Origin: Candidatus Latescibacterota bacterium | GTDB taxonomy: Bacteria; Latescibacterota; UBA2968 | NCBI GenBank assembly: GCA_965205975.1 | Contig: OZ242195.1 | Location: forward strand, 5,056,001-5,120,000 | Length of the DNA: 64,000 bases | Direction of reading: 5' to 3' | Shown here: positions 39,832 to 50,199 of the stretch, in pieces | Numbering within the stretch: the first letter of the stretch is position 1 | Layout of the letters: each line of letters begins with the position of its first letter | Position numbers and translations under genes: made by a program | Notes under the pieces: generated by a model | What the model saw: only the letters and a program-made list of their open reading frames with translations | What the model was told of the DNA's origin: nothing | Database searches by the model: none

Positions 39832-40494
39832 ATGGGTACTTTTTCAAGAATAAGCAATGTGGTCCGCGCTGAGGTTGACGATGTTCTGAATAAGATAGAG
39901 GATCCAAAGAAGATGGTGCGGCAGATGGTTCTGGATATGGAGGATGCGCTGGATGATGCGGTGGTTGCCGTGGCACAGGCGATGGCAAGCGAGAAGTTGC
40001 TGGCGCGTCGGATTGCTCAGAAACGGGAAGAGTCGGCTTTGTGGGCGCGCAAGGCAGAGGATGCTATGGATGCTGGTGAGGAGGAATTGGCGCGCAAGGC
40101 ACTGGTTCAGAAGGTGGCGGTTGATGAAGCGGTCAATACGCTGCAGAAAGCGCGGGGGGAAGCGGAAGAGGTGACGGAGACGCTGAAGCGGAGACTCGCA
40201 GAACTGAAGGCGAAGTTGGCGTCTGCCCGCGCGCAACAAAGCACGCTGGCGATTCGCAAACAGGTGGTGGTGCAGGAGATGCGACAAGATGCGCGTGTAG
40301 AAGCTTATGATCGGTTTGTTCGAGATGTGGCGCGCGAGGAAGCGGCGGCTGAGATTTATGCGGAGATGGCAGACGATGCACAGTTGCAAGAAGAGTTTGA
40401 TCAACTGGAGCGAAAGCAGCGCGTCGAGGCTGAGATGCGGGTGTTGAAGGAGAAAGTCAAACAGAGCGCAAGCCAGAATGATGAAATGGTTTAA
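39832..40494 (+). CDS. pspA: PspA/IM30 family protein
   Basis: MGTFSRISNVVRA, EDPKKMVRQMVLDME and GEEELARKAL motifs; coiled coil. Confidence 0.88.
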   Translation: MGTFSRISNVVRAEVDDVLNKIEDPKKMVRQMVLDMEDALDDAVVAVAQAMASEKLLARRIAQKREESALWARKAEDAMDAGEEELARKALVQKVAVDEAVNTLQKARGEAEEVTETLKRRLAELKAKLASARAQQSTLAIRKQVVVQEMRQDARVEAYDRFVRDVAREEAAAEIYAEMADDAQLQEEFDQLERKQRVEAEMRVLKEKVKQSASQNDEMV

Positions 40495-40497
40495 GCA

Positions 40498-40558
40498 GGG
40501 GGCCGTCCCCTACACAGACACGATCATTGCATGTAGGGGCGACCCCCTGTGGTCGCCC
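40498..40558. repeat. GTAG-family REP-like palindromic element
   Basis: GGGGGCCGTCCCCTACA inverted against TGTAGGGGCGACCCCC, followed by GGTCGCCC; between convergent genes. Confidence 0.6.
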
Positions 40559-40568
40559 GCTGATGGCT

Positions 40569-41561
40569 CTATGTATTGAGATCTACTTCCTTAAACATCG
40601 GTGGCAGGGAAGCACCGTCAATCGCTTTATATTCCACTGCAGTATGGGGATACGCAAAGCCGAGGCGGTCGCTATTTGCAAATGCCTCCATAATTTTTGC
40701 GACAATTTCGGTTGATATCTTTTGTCGCTCTACGGCAATTGACTGATACCGCAAGCGCATCATAACTCCCGAATCAAAAAACTCCGCGCGCACCTCGGGT
40801 TCTTTTCCCGTCTCCTCTACAATTGTTCCCGTCACTTCCCGCGCACAAGTAATCAGTGTCTTCTCCGCCAATTTGTAATCCGAATCGTAGGATATCCTTA
40901 CGGGTACCTCATCCAGAATATATTTCGTCTCTTGAGACACGGCGTAATTGATCACCATCTGATCGAATAACACCGCATTGGGAATCAAAATGCCGCGGTT
41001 AGAAGACTCTTCACCGCCAATTGTACCGCCGACCTCACCCAGCAAAACATGCGTTGGTGAAATTTCCAAAACATCGCCCCGCACCCCCTGAATAATAATG
41101 CGATCCCCAATTTTAAAAGGCCGCTTAATCATCACCATCAACCATGCGGCCACGCCCGTTACTGGCCGCTGAAGGGACCAGCCCAAAACCATACCCACAA
41201 AAGCAACCGTCAGCCCCATTGCTGCCAGAGATCCCGACATACTCACAATGACAAAAAGAATACCAACCAGCATAAACGAATACCGCCACATCGTCAAAAA
41301 CTGCCGAATTTGTGCATCCGTGCGATGATGTTCCTCCATTGCGAGAATGATCAATCTCTTCGATATCTTATAGGCAAATAGCAACACAATCAATATCACA
41401 ACCGCATATAAAATGCCGACTATGGACTCTCCCAGCGTCTCCGACATAGACAGCTTGATATTTCGCACATAATCAAATGGCCTGGCCCGCGTCGCAACTG
41501 TCTGCAATGTATCCTGCGCGGCTTGTAATGTGTCCTGCACGACCTTCAATGTATCCGACAT
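40569..41561 (-). CDS. MscS-family mechanosensitive channel
   Basis: KRPFKIGDRI and IPNAVL motifs; C-terminal FAYPH. Confidence 0.85.
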   Translation of the reverse strand: MSDTLKVVQDTLQAAQDTLQTVATRARPFDYVRNIKLSMSETLGESIVGILYAVVILIVLLFAYKISKRLIILAMEEHHRTDAQIRQFLTMWRYSFMLVGILFVIVSMSGSLAAMGLTVAFVGMVLGWSLQRPVTGVAAWLMVMIKRPFKIGDRIIIQGVRGDVLEISPTHVLLGEVGGTIGGEESSNRGILIPNAVLFDQMVINYAVSQETKYILDEVPVRISYDSDYKLAEKTLITCAREVTGTIVEETGKEPEVRAEFFDSGVMMRLRYQSIAVERQKISTEIVAKIMEAFANSDRLGFAYPHTAVEYKAIDGASLPPMFKEVDLNT

Positions 41562-41566
41562 AATCT

Positions 41567-42457
41567 TTACCCTTTCTTATTCGTTTCTTGTGATAGTGTA
41601 GCCAAAAGCGTTGGTTCCACACTCTGCATATGCAAATCTCGCTGCGGGAATGGAATCGTAATATTTCGCTCTCGAAATGCCCGGACGATTGCAAAATTTA
41701 AATCGCTAATCACAAAATACTGGCGGGGTGGATTCTCAATCCAAACCAGCAGATCAAAATTCAGAGAACTATCGCCAAAGCCCAGAAATTGCATCTGCGG
41801 CTCGGGATCGGACAAAACCTCTGGATGCGCTCGCCCCACTTCCAGCAGTGTCTCTGCGACCAGTTCCACATCAGCACCGTAAGACACACCCACAGATGCG
41901 TGAATACGTACTTTTGACCCTTGAAAGCTCCAGTTTGTGACATTTTCAGATAGAAATTTTGAATTGGGCACAATAATCGTCACATTATCCAGGGTCTCGA
42001 CCTTTGTGCTATATGCATTGACCGCCTGTACAGTGCCTTGCACGCCGCCCACCTCCACAAAATCTCCCTCCTGCACGGGGCGCTCAAATAACATAATGAG
42101 TCCGCTGATAAAATTGTGGGTAATAGTTTGCAATCCCAGACCAATCCCCACCAACAATACCGCACTAACTGCTGCCAATGTCGTCAGATTAATCCCGGTA
42201 TATTCTATGGCGATAAATACGCCGATGCACATGGTAACAATGTGCAATAGACGACAGATAGCAGACTGCGAACCCTTATTCATGTGTATCCGTTCAAACA
42301 CATTGCGCCGCAACATCCGCTGCAACAACCGCGATATACCATAAGCAATGAGGATAATCAGCGTAGCCGTCAGCAAAATGGCTGGCGTTATTTCTATTTC
42401 GCCAAAAGAAACGATTGGTTCCTCAATTACCGTGCGTAAATTATCCCAGGGATTCAT
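41567..42457 (-). CDS. MscS-family mechanosensitive channel
   Basis: GIGLGLQ..NFISG..FERPVQEGD, VPNS and IPFPQRDLH motifs. Confidence 0.92.
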   Translation of the reverse strand: MNPWDNLRTVIEEPIVSFGEIEITPAILLTATLIILIAYGISRLLQRMLRRNVFERIHMNKGSQSAICRLLHIVTMCIGVFIAIEYTGINLTTLAAVSAVLLVGIGLGLQTITHNFISGLIMLFERPVQEGDFVEVGGVQGTVQAVNAYSTKVETLDNVTIIVPNSKFLSENVTNWSFQGSKVRIHASVGVSYGADVELVAETLLEVGRAHPEVLSDPEPQMQFLGFGDSSLNFDLLVWIENPPRQYFVISDLNFAIVRAFRERNITIPFPQRDLHMQSVEPTLLATLSQETNKKG

Positions 42458-42459
42458 AC

Positions 42460-44436
42460 TTAATCCTCCCGAACCAATACAATAAGATCATCCGATTCAC
42501 TCAGTATATACGGCTCATCACGCGTCGGATTGAGCACAACCCCGCTGTTTTGGAAGCGAATACCCAGCGCGATTTCGCCCCGACATGCCGACATTTCCTG
42601 GAGTTCTCCAAAATTCACATTTTGACCTGCTATGCCGTAATCCAAAACCCGGCGAAAGAAAATCTCTGCACCACCGACAGTAAATAACTCTTCATAAACG
42701 ACATTGATCTCTCGACGCAACGCAACCTGTGCCAGCACGTGGCTTGCAATCAGGGGCGTAATCAATACCTCGCTGTCGTAATCTTCAAACATCGCCACAT
42801 TGTCGGAATCCAGCAAATCGACCAGAATTTCTGGTTTATGCGTACCCTCATCCAGCACATTTCTCAGCACCAGATGCACCACAATCGTCCGCGCATCTGA
42901 TTCTTCCTGTGTTTCCACCCGATCACTGCCTAAAATCACCACATTGTCATACCTATCTGGCTCCATTTCTCTTAAATTTGATAGCGAAGTGGTCTCTCCT
43001 TCGCGATGGGTGATAGCCACGCGGCGCAGATCAATGCCTTTTTGTTCTATCTCTGCTTCTCTTTCCGCCAAAGGTACAAGAGACAAAACCGAGATCTCAA
43101 ACTGTTCATCAATCTGTCGGTCGAACTCTTTGAGTAATTCCACTGCTTTGTGATTCCATCCCAAAATTAAGACGCGCCGTTTGCCCTTTTCCTTAACATA
43201 GGGCATTTCCTGAAATTTACGCGATACGCGTTCTATCTGATAATTTCTCAGTGGTTCACAGTCCCGGTGATTTTCTGCCAAAAAGACCAGCCGGTCTTCT
43301 GATTCCAAAATCAGATCCTCGGGTGGATTGAGCAGGGGGTAAAATGACTCACCCTGGGGACGCACTACGCCCAGCAAAATCGCTTTGGAATACGCACCTG
43401 ATAGATCGCCAAAACGAGACCCCGTAAACTGTTTGGAGGTGTGAATATAGATCTCATTGCCAACCCCGTGCGACAAAATCTCGTGGAACACATGCGACAA
43501 TCCCGGATGACGCACATTTTGCGCCATACATCGCGTAATAAAAACATCGCTCGCCAAAATTTCTAAAATGCCTCTATATGCCCGCTTTGCCATATCCACT
43601 TTGTCGGAATCGAAAATTTCTGTCACCAGTAAAGGTAGAGTTTCTTTGGCATCCCGCTTCTCGCCCTGATTCGATATCGACATCAGTGTTTTTATAATGC
43701 GCATATCCGATTCATCCGCACTGCCATAAGCAAAATCTGCACCGGGCAAAATAATGGCACTCGCATTTTTGAAATCCACGCGCTCCAGATGTTCTATCCG
43801 CAGAGGTATCCCCGACCGAAAAGTGATCTTCTTGGGATTCCACAGAGAACCCAGTGCCCTCCGCAATTCCATTGTGCGCTCCAGGCTCACGTCTTCGGAA
43901 AGAATTACCACGTGTAATCCGCGCGCACCGAGCAGTTGTAAAAACCGACGCACGCGACCTTCGGCGCGCATCAACTCGCTGACAATTTCAGAAGTGCGAT
44001 TGGTCCATCCCAAAATCAAAATGTGATTGCGACGCACAATGGGCGTAAGCCCGCGTTCAAAATTGCGGATCGTCTGATTGAGCCACTGCGTCATGATCGC
44101 GATCAACGACCCCATAAAAAGCACGTATCCAAGCACCGTTACCACCGTTGAGATCACGCGGCGGGGAATCCCTTCGTCATCTCCCAAATAACCCGGATCG
44201 GTCAAACGCAAAAAAGCCCACCAGATGGCTGTCTCGTGATCATCAAAAGGCGCGTCCGTTTCCTGAACCAGCAAACCACCACCAATGGCGACCAGCCCGA
44301 CCAGCGAGGCGATGAACAGCAGGTGAAAGTGGACGCCCAGCAACAACAATCGCTCAACGCGAAATTTCAGATAATTTTTTATTCGCGCAAACGGGTCAGT
44401 AGTTCGCGATCGCAATTTTAAAAAAAGATTTTCCAT
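42460..44436 (-). CDS. CASTOR/POLLUX-related ion channel with RCK domains
   Basis: WWAFLRLTDPG pore; two RCK domains (HILILGW, RVLILGWN); terminal VVLNP. Confidence 0.8.
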   Translation of the reverse strand: MENLFLKLRSRTTDPFARIKNYLKFRVERLLLLGVHFHLLFIASLVGLVAIGGGLLVQETDAPFDDHETAIWWAFLRLTDPGYLGDDEGIPRRVISTVVTVLGYVLFMGSLIAIMTQWLNQTIRNFERGLTPIVRRNHILILGWTNRTSEIVSELMRAEGRVRRFLQLLGARGLHVVILSEDVSLERTMELRRALGSLWNPKKITFRSGIPLRIEHLERVDFKNASAIILPGADFAYGSADESDMRIIKTLMSISNQGEKRDAKETLPLLVTEIFDSDKVDMAKRAYRGILEILASDVFITRCMAQNVRHPGLSHVFHEILSHGVGNEIYIHTSKQFTGSRFGDLSGAYSKAILLGVVRPQGESFYPLLNPPEDLILESEDRLVFLAENHRDCEPLRNYQIERVSRKFQEMPYVKEKGKRRVLILGWNHKAVELLKEFDRQIDEQFEISVLSLVPLAEREAEIEQKGIDLRRVAITHREGETTSLSNLREMEPDRYDNVVILGSDRVETQEESDARTIVVHLVLRNVLDEGTHKPEILVDLLDSDNVAMFEDYDSEVLITPLIASHVLAQVALRREINVVYEELFTVGGAEIFFRRVLDYGIAGQNVNFGELQEMSACRGEIALGIRFQNSGVVLNPTRDEPYILSESDDLIVLVRED

Positions 44437-44452
44437 ACAGCCACCTTGTCAA

Positions 44453-45286
44453 TTACTCATCAGCAACATCCGTAAAACGCACATCAGACGGTATGAGCTT
44501 GCGTCTGGACAATTCCTTTTTAATACGACTGGTAAGATCAGTGGCGAAACTGTTCTCGTAGCGCGTGTCAAATACGTACGCTTTTACCACGAGATGTGTC
44601 AGATGCGTCTCTTCAAATTTGTCCTTGACATTGACCACCACTGGCTTTTTAAGATATGCGAGCCTGGATGTAAGCACGGCTTCGCGAGCCACATCCTCAA
44701 TCTCTTTCAAGCCAGCCCGCGCTGGCAGGTATATATCTACAACGACCTGGCAATCGAGATTCCCGGCATTGGTGTTCGACACGCCAGAGGTCAGCAATGT
44801 GGAATTCGGCACGGTGACGAGAGAATCATCAATCGTCTGTAACTTCGTACTGCGCAGACCAATCGACACGACTTCGCCGTAATAAGAGCCTACGGTCACG
44901 CGATCGCCGATTTGGAAGGACCGGTCAAACAGTACAACAATACCACCAATAAGATCATTGAGAAGATCTTTCGCGGCAAGCCCAAGTGCCAGAGCGATTG
45001 ACCCCAACAGGGCGAGCAGGGTATTTTGTTCGGGTGCGATAATAACGATAGAATAATAAATCGCAACCCCGTAAATACCGATACGCAGCAGGGGCTGGAC
45101 GCGCTTGAATAGCAAGCGATGTGAAGGAAATCGGTTGGCTCCAAAATCCAACGCGAGGCGAATGAGTGTTGTCACCGCATAAGCTATCGCAATCACCAGC
45201 AGGACAGACAGTATTTTAGCGGCGTTAATGTGTAAGCCACCGCTTCCCGTGAGTTGTTCGAGAGGTGAAGTATCCATGATGCTCAA
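44453..45286 (-). CDS. MscS-family mechanosensitive channel
   Basis: FDRSFQIGDRV, GEVVSIGLRST and VPNS motifs; start may be ATG 45277. Confidence 0.88.
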   Translation of the reverse strand: MSIMDTSPLEQLTGSGGLHINAAKILSVLLVIAIAYAVTTLIRLALDFGANRFPSHRLLFKRVQPLLRIGIYGVAIYYSIVIIAPEQNTLLALLGSIALALGLAAKDLLNDLIGGIVVLFDRSFQIGDRVTVGSYYGEVVSIGLRSTKLQTIDDSLVTVPNSTLLTSGVSNTNAGNLDCQVVVDIYLPARAGLKEIEDVAREAVLTSRLAYLKKPVVVNVKDKFEETHLTHLVVKAYVFDTRYENSFATDLTSRIKKELSRRKLIPSDVRFTDVADE

Positions 45287-45300
45287 ATTCCTGTTTTAGA

Positions 45301-47857
45301 TCACAAGAGGCCGCGTCCTTCCAGCATTTCCTCTACGGCTTTCAAACCAATGGGATTAATGCGAAAACGCGTCGATTCCTGATCAAACTCGAGAATATTG
45401 TCGTTCCACAGGATCTCGAGTTCCAGTCTGGTCTGGATGAGGTCTTTGTCGAGTATTGATGATAGTTCAGCGGCAGTAAGATTGTCGTGCTGTAACACCG
45501 CGATCAGAATAAATGCCTGTTCAAGCGAGAAATTGCGCACAATTCCGAGGTCAATCTCACTGACGGGATTAACCAGGAGGAGGTCGCTTTCCGAAAGCTC
45601 GAGTGACCGCAACCAATACAGGAGGGCGACAGAAATATTCTCCTCACTGATCTCCGCCAGATTTTTGAAATAGATCTGGGACAGCACTTCCTGAACAGCC
45701 GGATCTTCTGGTCGGTGCCAGCGGTGCACGCGCCGGCGCACGGTTTTTTCCAATTCCTTGTTTGTCGCGTAACGCAGGCGGTAGCCACTCTGGTTGTGAC
45801 GCTGCATCAGAAGCATTTGAAGTTCTGCAGGCTGCCAACTCTGAATCCCGACCTCAAAGTGAAATAGGCGATTCAGGGGGAGCCACAGACCGAGATAGCC
45901 GCGCGTATGCTGGTCGAGAGAAATACCCCAGAGTATGTGGTGGTTGGTACGCGCGATGAGCCAGAGCAGGTGTTGGATTGCATCCAGATCACCGATACAT
46001 TTGAAAAACAGATTGTGACACCCTTCGAGTATCACAGCCCGTCGCGGTCCTTGCAACAATTTCAGAGATAGGTCGTCAAAGCTCCCTGCATCTTCTATCT
46101 CAAGAACATTTGCCAGATAGGATACCAGTTCAGGCGCGGTCGTCATCTTGCACTCAATTGCGGACAGGGTTACGACCGAAGCGTCATCGAACAGTCGCGA
46201 GACAGCAATATTCAACAACGTCGTTTTGCCCGCACCCCGTTGTCCGAATAAAATGAAGGAGGACGTAAGACCATCTTCCCAGCGCTGAATCGCCTGTTCA
46301 ATAGTCGCCAACTCTTCATCAAATCCGACAAATAACGCCTCGTCATTCAAAGAATCAAAAGCGAAATGAACCGTGTAATCTTCTGGCAGCCCGAGATATT
46401 TGATCGACTCCAGATTGGCTTTGTCGAGTGCCAGACGGACTTCGCGCTCGGCCGGTGCCATTAAGCCCAGGCGACGCAACACGGGTTTTACGATGCCAGA
46501 GGCGGCATTGAATAGCACGATTGCCTGTACTCGGAGAAATGACAACAGGCGCAGCACTACCTGTCTGCACGCTCTCAAGACGGTTGAAGTAATCTGACGC
46601 CCGAATCGTCCGAGTTTTGCAAGATAGAACGCAATCCGACCATAACGGGCAGCGTCCTGACCGATCAGTTCCAACCGCTCCTGGTGCTCGCATTCGAGTT
46701 CCCACAGCAGCGACTCCCACGCCATTCGGGTATAGTCGTTGAGGTCCCTCAATCGATTGATCGCGCGATTGAATCCCATCTGAACATCGGGCGACAGTAC
46801 ATCGTCTCCCTGCGACAGGCCACTCTCAACTGTGTTGATCGCGTACCTGAACGTACTGAACACGCTGTCCACGCCTTCGAGCGATCCTTCAATACGGATT
46901 TTTTCGAATTGCTGGTACGCAGTATCGGCCCTGTTTTCCAGACCGCTGAAATGGGCAGAGCCAATCTGGCGTAATGGAACAAGCCGGTAGCTCGTTCGAT
47001 TTTTCCAATTCAGATCGTGTACATAACTGACCTTTTCCGGTAGATTGTCAAAAACAGAGGAGGAATTTTGGAATGCGGCCTGGTTTAATACCTCCACCTC
47101 GGCCAGATTATTGGAATTGCTCAAATCCGCACGAAGCGAGTCGAAAATGTCTTGCACGGTTTCGCGTATCTGAGGAAGTGACTCTTGCAGGGCCTGAGGA
47201 CGACGGCGTAGCTGGATTGATACATCTTGTTGTATTCTTCGCAACTGTTCAACTGTAGATCCCGTGCGCTGACGGACGGCGTGCAGGTCTTTCTCCTGCT
47301 GCACACGCACTGCCTGGCGCACCTCAGATAGTTGGCGTCGGATGTTTCCAATGGCTGCCCTGTAGCCTGTGACCTCTTCTGGAGGCTCGGCGTAGTTATG
47401 AGTGAGACTAATGAGATCGATCAATCTCGGGCAGCGCAGCAGGCGCAGAAACCGCAGATCGAACGACACGATGGAAAAGAAAAAATTCAGAATGACGATG
47501 AGATCGGCGATCTGTAGCGGACGAAGTCCAAAACGCAACCGAGCGGACAGGTGTGTTCCCCCAGCTACATGGACGGACCACATACGCGCCAGATATTCGA
47601 CAATTAGCAAACCGATAAATAGCCATTCGAACCAGTAAGAATAATAGAGAAAATAAAAATGCAGAATGTCGTTACCCGGCCACCACTCGAACCGCTGCAG
47701 ATACGCCATGAGGGTTTTCGGCCACCAGATATCGAGGCATTGAACACCCGTATTAAAGAGCACAAGAACGAGTATCGCCCAGTTGATCCGCCGGCTGAAC
47801 AAGTCGCCAGGACCGGCGATTTCGAGAATTTCGTATGTTCGATTTTTTATTTTTTTT
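45301..47857 (-). pseudogene. Voltage-sensor-like domain / coiled coil / AAA+ P-loop fusion; original ATG (49083) cut off by an IS insertion
   Basis: Four N-terminal TM helices with S4-like DLRFLRLLRCPRL; Walker A GQRGAGKT; removing the IS restores in-frame MIDYIKKIKNRTYEILEIAGPGDLFSRR; could still be expressed from TTG 47802. Confidence 0.75.
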
Positions 47858-49060
47858 TATAGTACACGACAAAACCTAAATGGTGTTACAAAGTGGCGGA
47901 TTCCTCAGTAAACGAATGCATTTGTGGAACTGTTGGTATTGCTGGTTTATATTGAGGAGGACATACTGCAAATAGTCCAACCCATATCGGAAGAGACTTT
48001 TCTCCATGCGCCCGTGGTTTTTAACCTTCAAAGGATTTGTTTTTGCGATCCATTCGCCGATGATATGCGCCCAAGTGCAGGCGATAGCCAAAAGCGCGAT
48101 GAGTTTTTCAATGCGGTCTTGATGTATGAGGTGGGTTTCTTCCAGATTAAATCCTCGACTTTTAAGATTTGCAAAAAGGACTTCAATGCCCCAGCGTTCT
48201 TTATAGGTATCCAATGCGGCTTGACCTTGTTGGTGTTGGTTGCTGGCAAGGATGAGGTATTGATCCTTTAATCTTATTGCAGACAGATACACAGGTAGGT
48301 CATAAACGCGGCAGGGTCTTTGTAGGCTGACCTGCTGATGGCTGTGCAAATTTTCAAAGCGTTTTTTTATGGGAATCTCTCGACCTGCCCTTGAGACAAG
48401 GGCATTTTCCTTGATGCGGATGACAAAAGGGATGTCTTGTGTATGTAGCCACCTAAACCATTCTCTTCCAATAAATTCTCTGTCTGCGACGACAACGCGG
48501 ATATGAGACTTGGGAATGCGCGTAAGCACCTGTTTCATCAACTCAATGCGTTCATCACTATTGGAATTGCCTCGTTTTGGCAACAGCATCCAACAGATAG
48601 GAAAGGCGACCCCTTCATAGATTATGCCTGCGGTTAGGATGTTGATATTGAATTTTCCTAACTTCCAATTGGTGCGATCTATTGAGACTGTAAAATCGGT
48701 CTTGATGGGTAATAAGTGTAAGATCAGTCGCGTCACGGCTTCATAAGGGATGTCAAACTCAGCGAAAAAACGCTGTATCCTGCGGTAATTTGACTGCGGT
48801 TTGACCTGTCCATTTAGCGCATTGGCCAGCTTAGTGAAGTTGACCGTGCTCAGCTTGACCAACGACAAGATGAAGGCCGCTTTGAAGGTTAGGCGTGCTT
48901 TATGCCACCCAAAATGGCCTTGCAGTATAGCGCGAAGTTGTATAACTTGAGGAGACATAGACCTGTGCCTTGTTGAGATGAGAAGGTTCGTTTTCACACA
49001 TTCAAACCTAACTCTTTTTCACTCTTTGCACAGGTCTTTTATTTTTTGTCGTGTACTTTA
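47858..49060 (-). mobile_element. IS4-family (IS10 group, ISAba1-like ends) insertion sequence with a 9-bp target duplication
   Basis: Terminal IRs TATAGTACACGACAAAA and TAAAGTACACGACAAAA; ATTTTTTTT duplicated at 47849-47857 and 49061-49069. Confidence 0.92.
47876..48958 (-). CDS. IS4-family DDE transposase
   Basis: SIDRTNWKLG, VADREFIG and YKERWGIEVLFANLKSRGF (YREK) motifs; start could be GTG 48997. Confidence 0.92.
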   Translation of the reverse strand: MSPQVIQLRAILQGHFGWHKARLTFKAAFILSLVKLSTVNFTKLANALNGQVKPQSNYRRIQRFFAEFDIPYEAVTRLILHLLPIKTDFTVSIDRTNWKLGKFNINILTAGIIYEGVAFPICWMLLPKRGNSNSDERIELMKQVLTRIPKSHIRVVVADREFIGREWFRWLHTQDIPFVIRIKENALVSRAGREIPIKKRFENLHSHQQVSLQRPCRVYDLPVYLSAIRLKDQYLILASNQHQQGQAALDTYKERWGIEVLFANLKSRGFNLEETHLIHQDRIEKLIALLAIACTWAHIIGEWIAKTNPLKVKNHGRMEKSLFRYGLDYLQYVLLNINQQYQQFHKCIRLLRNPPLCNTI

Positions 49061-49097
49061 ATTTTTTTTATATAATCGATCATAAATTAATCCACTG

Positions 49098-49197
49098 GAC
49101 GCCTGCTTAAAACATGCAGAGCCTGCCCCTGCATGCCTTAAGCAGGGGCGTGACGAGCGACGGTTGTCATTGCGGCATGGTGTAAGCCGCAATCCAG
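49098..49197. repeat. Composite palindromic repeat element
   Basis: CCTGCTTAA..CATGCAG...CTGCATG..TTAAGCAGG nested IR plus GTCATTGCGGC..GCCGCAATCC hairpin. Confidence 0.55.
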
Positions 49198-49239
49198 CCC
49201 ATCAAAAAAATATATCAGCGAATTTTTTTGACAGACCAC

Positions 49240-50199
49240 TTAGTGTGTAGCCATCTCCGTCGCCAGATGCAGAACCGCATCGCCGCGATGCACCAGAGGC
49301 GATATGGTCCGTCCGATCACGAGGCCATCTCGCGGCGCTGTCAAATTCAGGGTGCTGCTGCCAAAAGGATCGGAAATGTCACCCAATTTCTGTCGCCTTG
49401 TGACCTGCTCTCCCATTGACACATCCAACTGCAAAATGCCACTTTGCCGCGCCCGAACCCAGGTCGTGCGCGTAACTTCGACCGAGGGCGCAACATCTGG
49501 TGCGATGGGTTCTGCGAGCATGTCCAGTGCCCACATTACTCTCAAAACGCCATTCACGCCCATTTCAATCGCGCTTTCGTTGAACCGCATGGGTTCGCCC
49601 CCTTCGTACAACAAAAGCGGAATGCCTCGCCCTGTCGCTACCCGACGCAGCGATCCTGCAGGACTGGTGCTATCGACCAGCACGGGCGCGGCAAATGCCT
49701 CGGCCACGCGCCGCGTTTCCGCATCTTTCAAATTTGCGCGTATTTGGGGCAAATTTGTTCGCGGCGGTGCTGCTGTGTGCAAGTCGATTCCGTGCGTACA
49801 CCGATAGACTACTTCGTTCGAGAAGATATGCGCCAACCGCGACGCCAGAGAACCGCGCGATGATCCGGGAAAGGATCGATTCAAATCGCGCCGATCGGGC
49901 AAATAGCGCGACTCGTACACAAAGCCAAAGACATTGATAATGGGCACAGCTACCAGTGTGCCCCTCATATTCTCGACCTGTACGTTTTCCAAAACCCGCC
50001 GAATAATTTCAATCCCATTGATCTCATCGCCGTGTAGTGCTGCACCAACAAATAGCCGGGGTCCCGCTTCCCGGCCGTGTAGCACTTCCACGGGAATCGT
50101 CATCTGGGTATGCGTGTAAAGCATAGCCAGCGGAATTTCGATATTCCTGCGCGTTCCCGGCGCAACGTTTGTTCCGCTAATTTCAAATGCCTCGCGCAT
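49240..50199 (-). CDS. Succinylglutamate desuccinylase/aspartoacylase family protein
   Basis: ALHGDEING, DLNRSFPG, IDLHT and YEGGE motifs. Confidence 0.9.
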   Translation of the reverse strand: MREAFEISGTNVAPGTRRNIEIPLAMLYTHTQMTIPVEVLHGREAGPRLFVGAALHGDEINGIEIIRRVLENVQVENMRGTLVAVPIINVFGFVYESRYLPDRRDLNRSFPGSSRGSLASRLAHIFSNEVVYRCTHGIDLHTAAPPRTNLPQIRANLKDAETRRVAEAFAAPVLVDSTSPAGSLRRVATGRGIPLLLYEGGEPMRFNESAIEMGVNGVLRVMWALDMLAEPIAPDVAPSVEVTRTTWVRARQSGILQLDVSMGEQVTRRQKLGDISDPFGSSTLNLTAPRDGLVIGRTISPLVHRGDAVLHLATEMATH

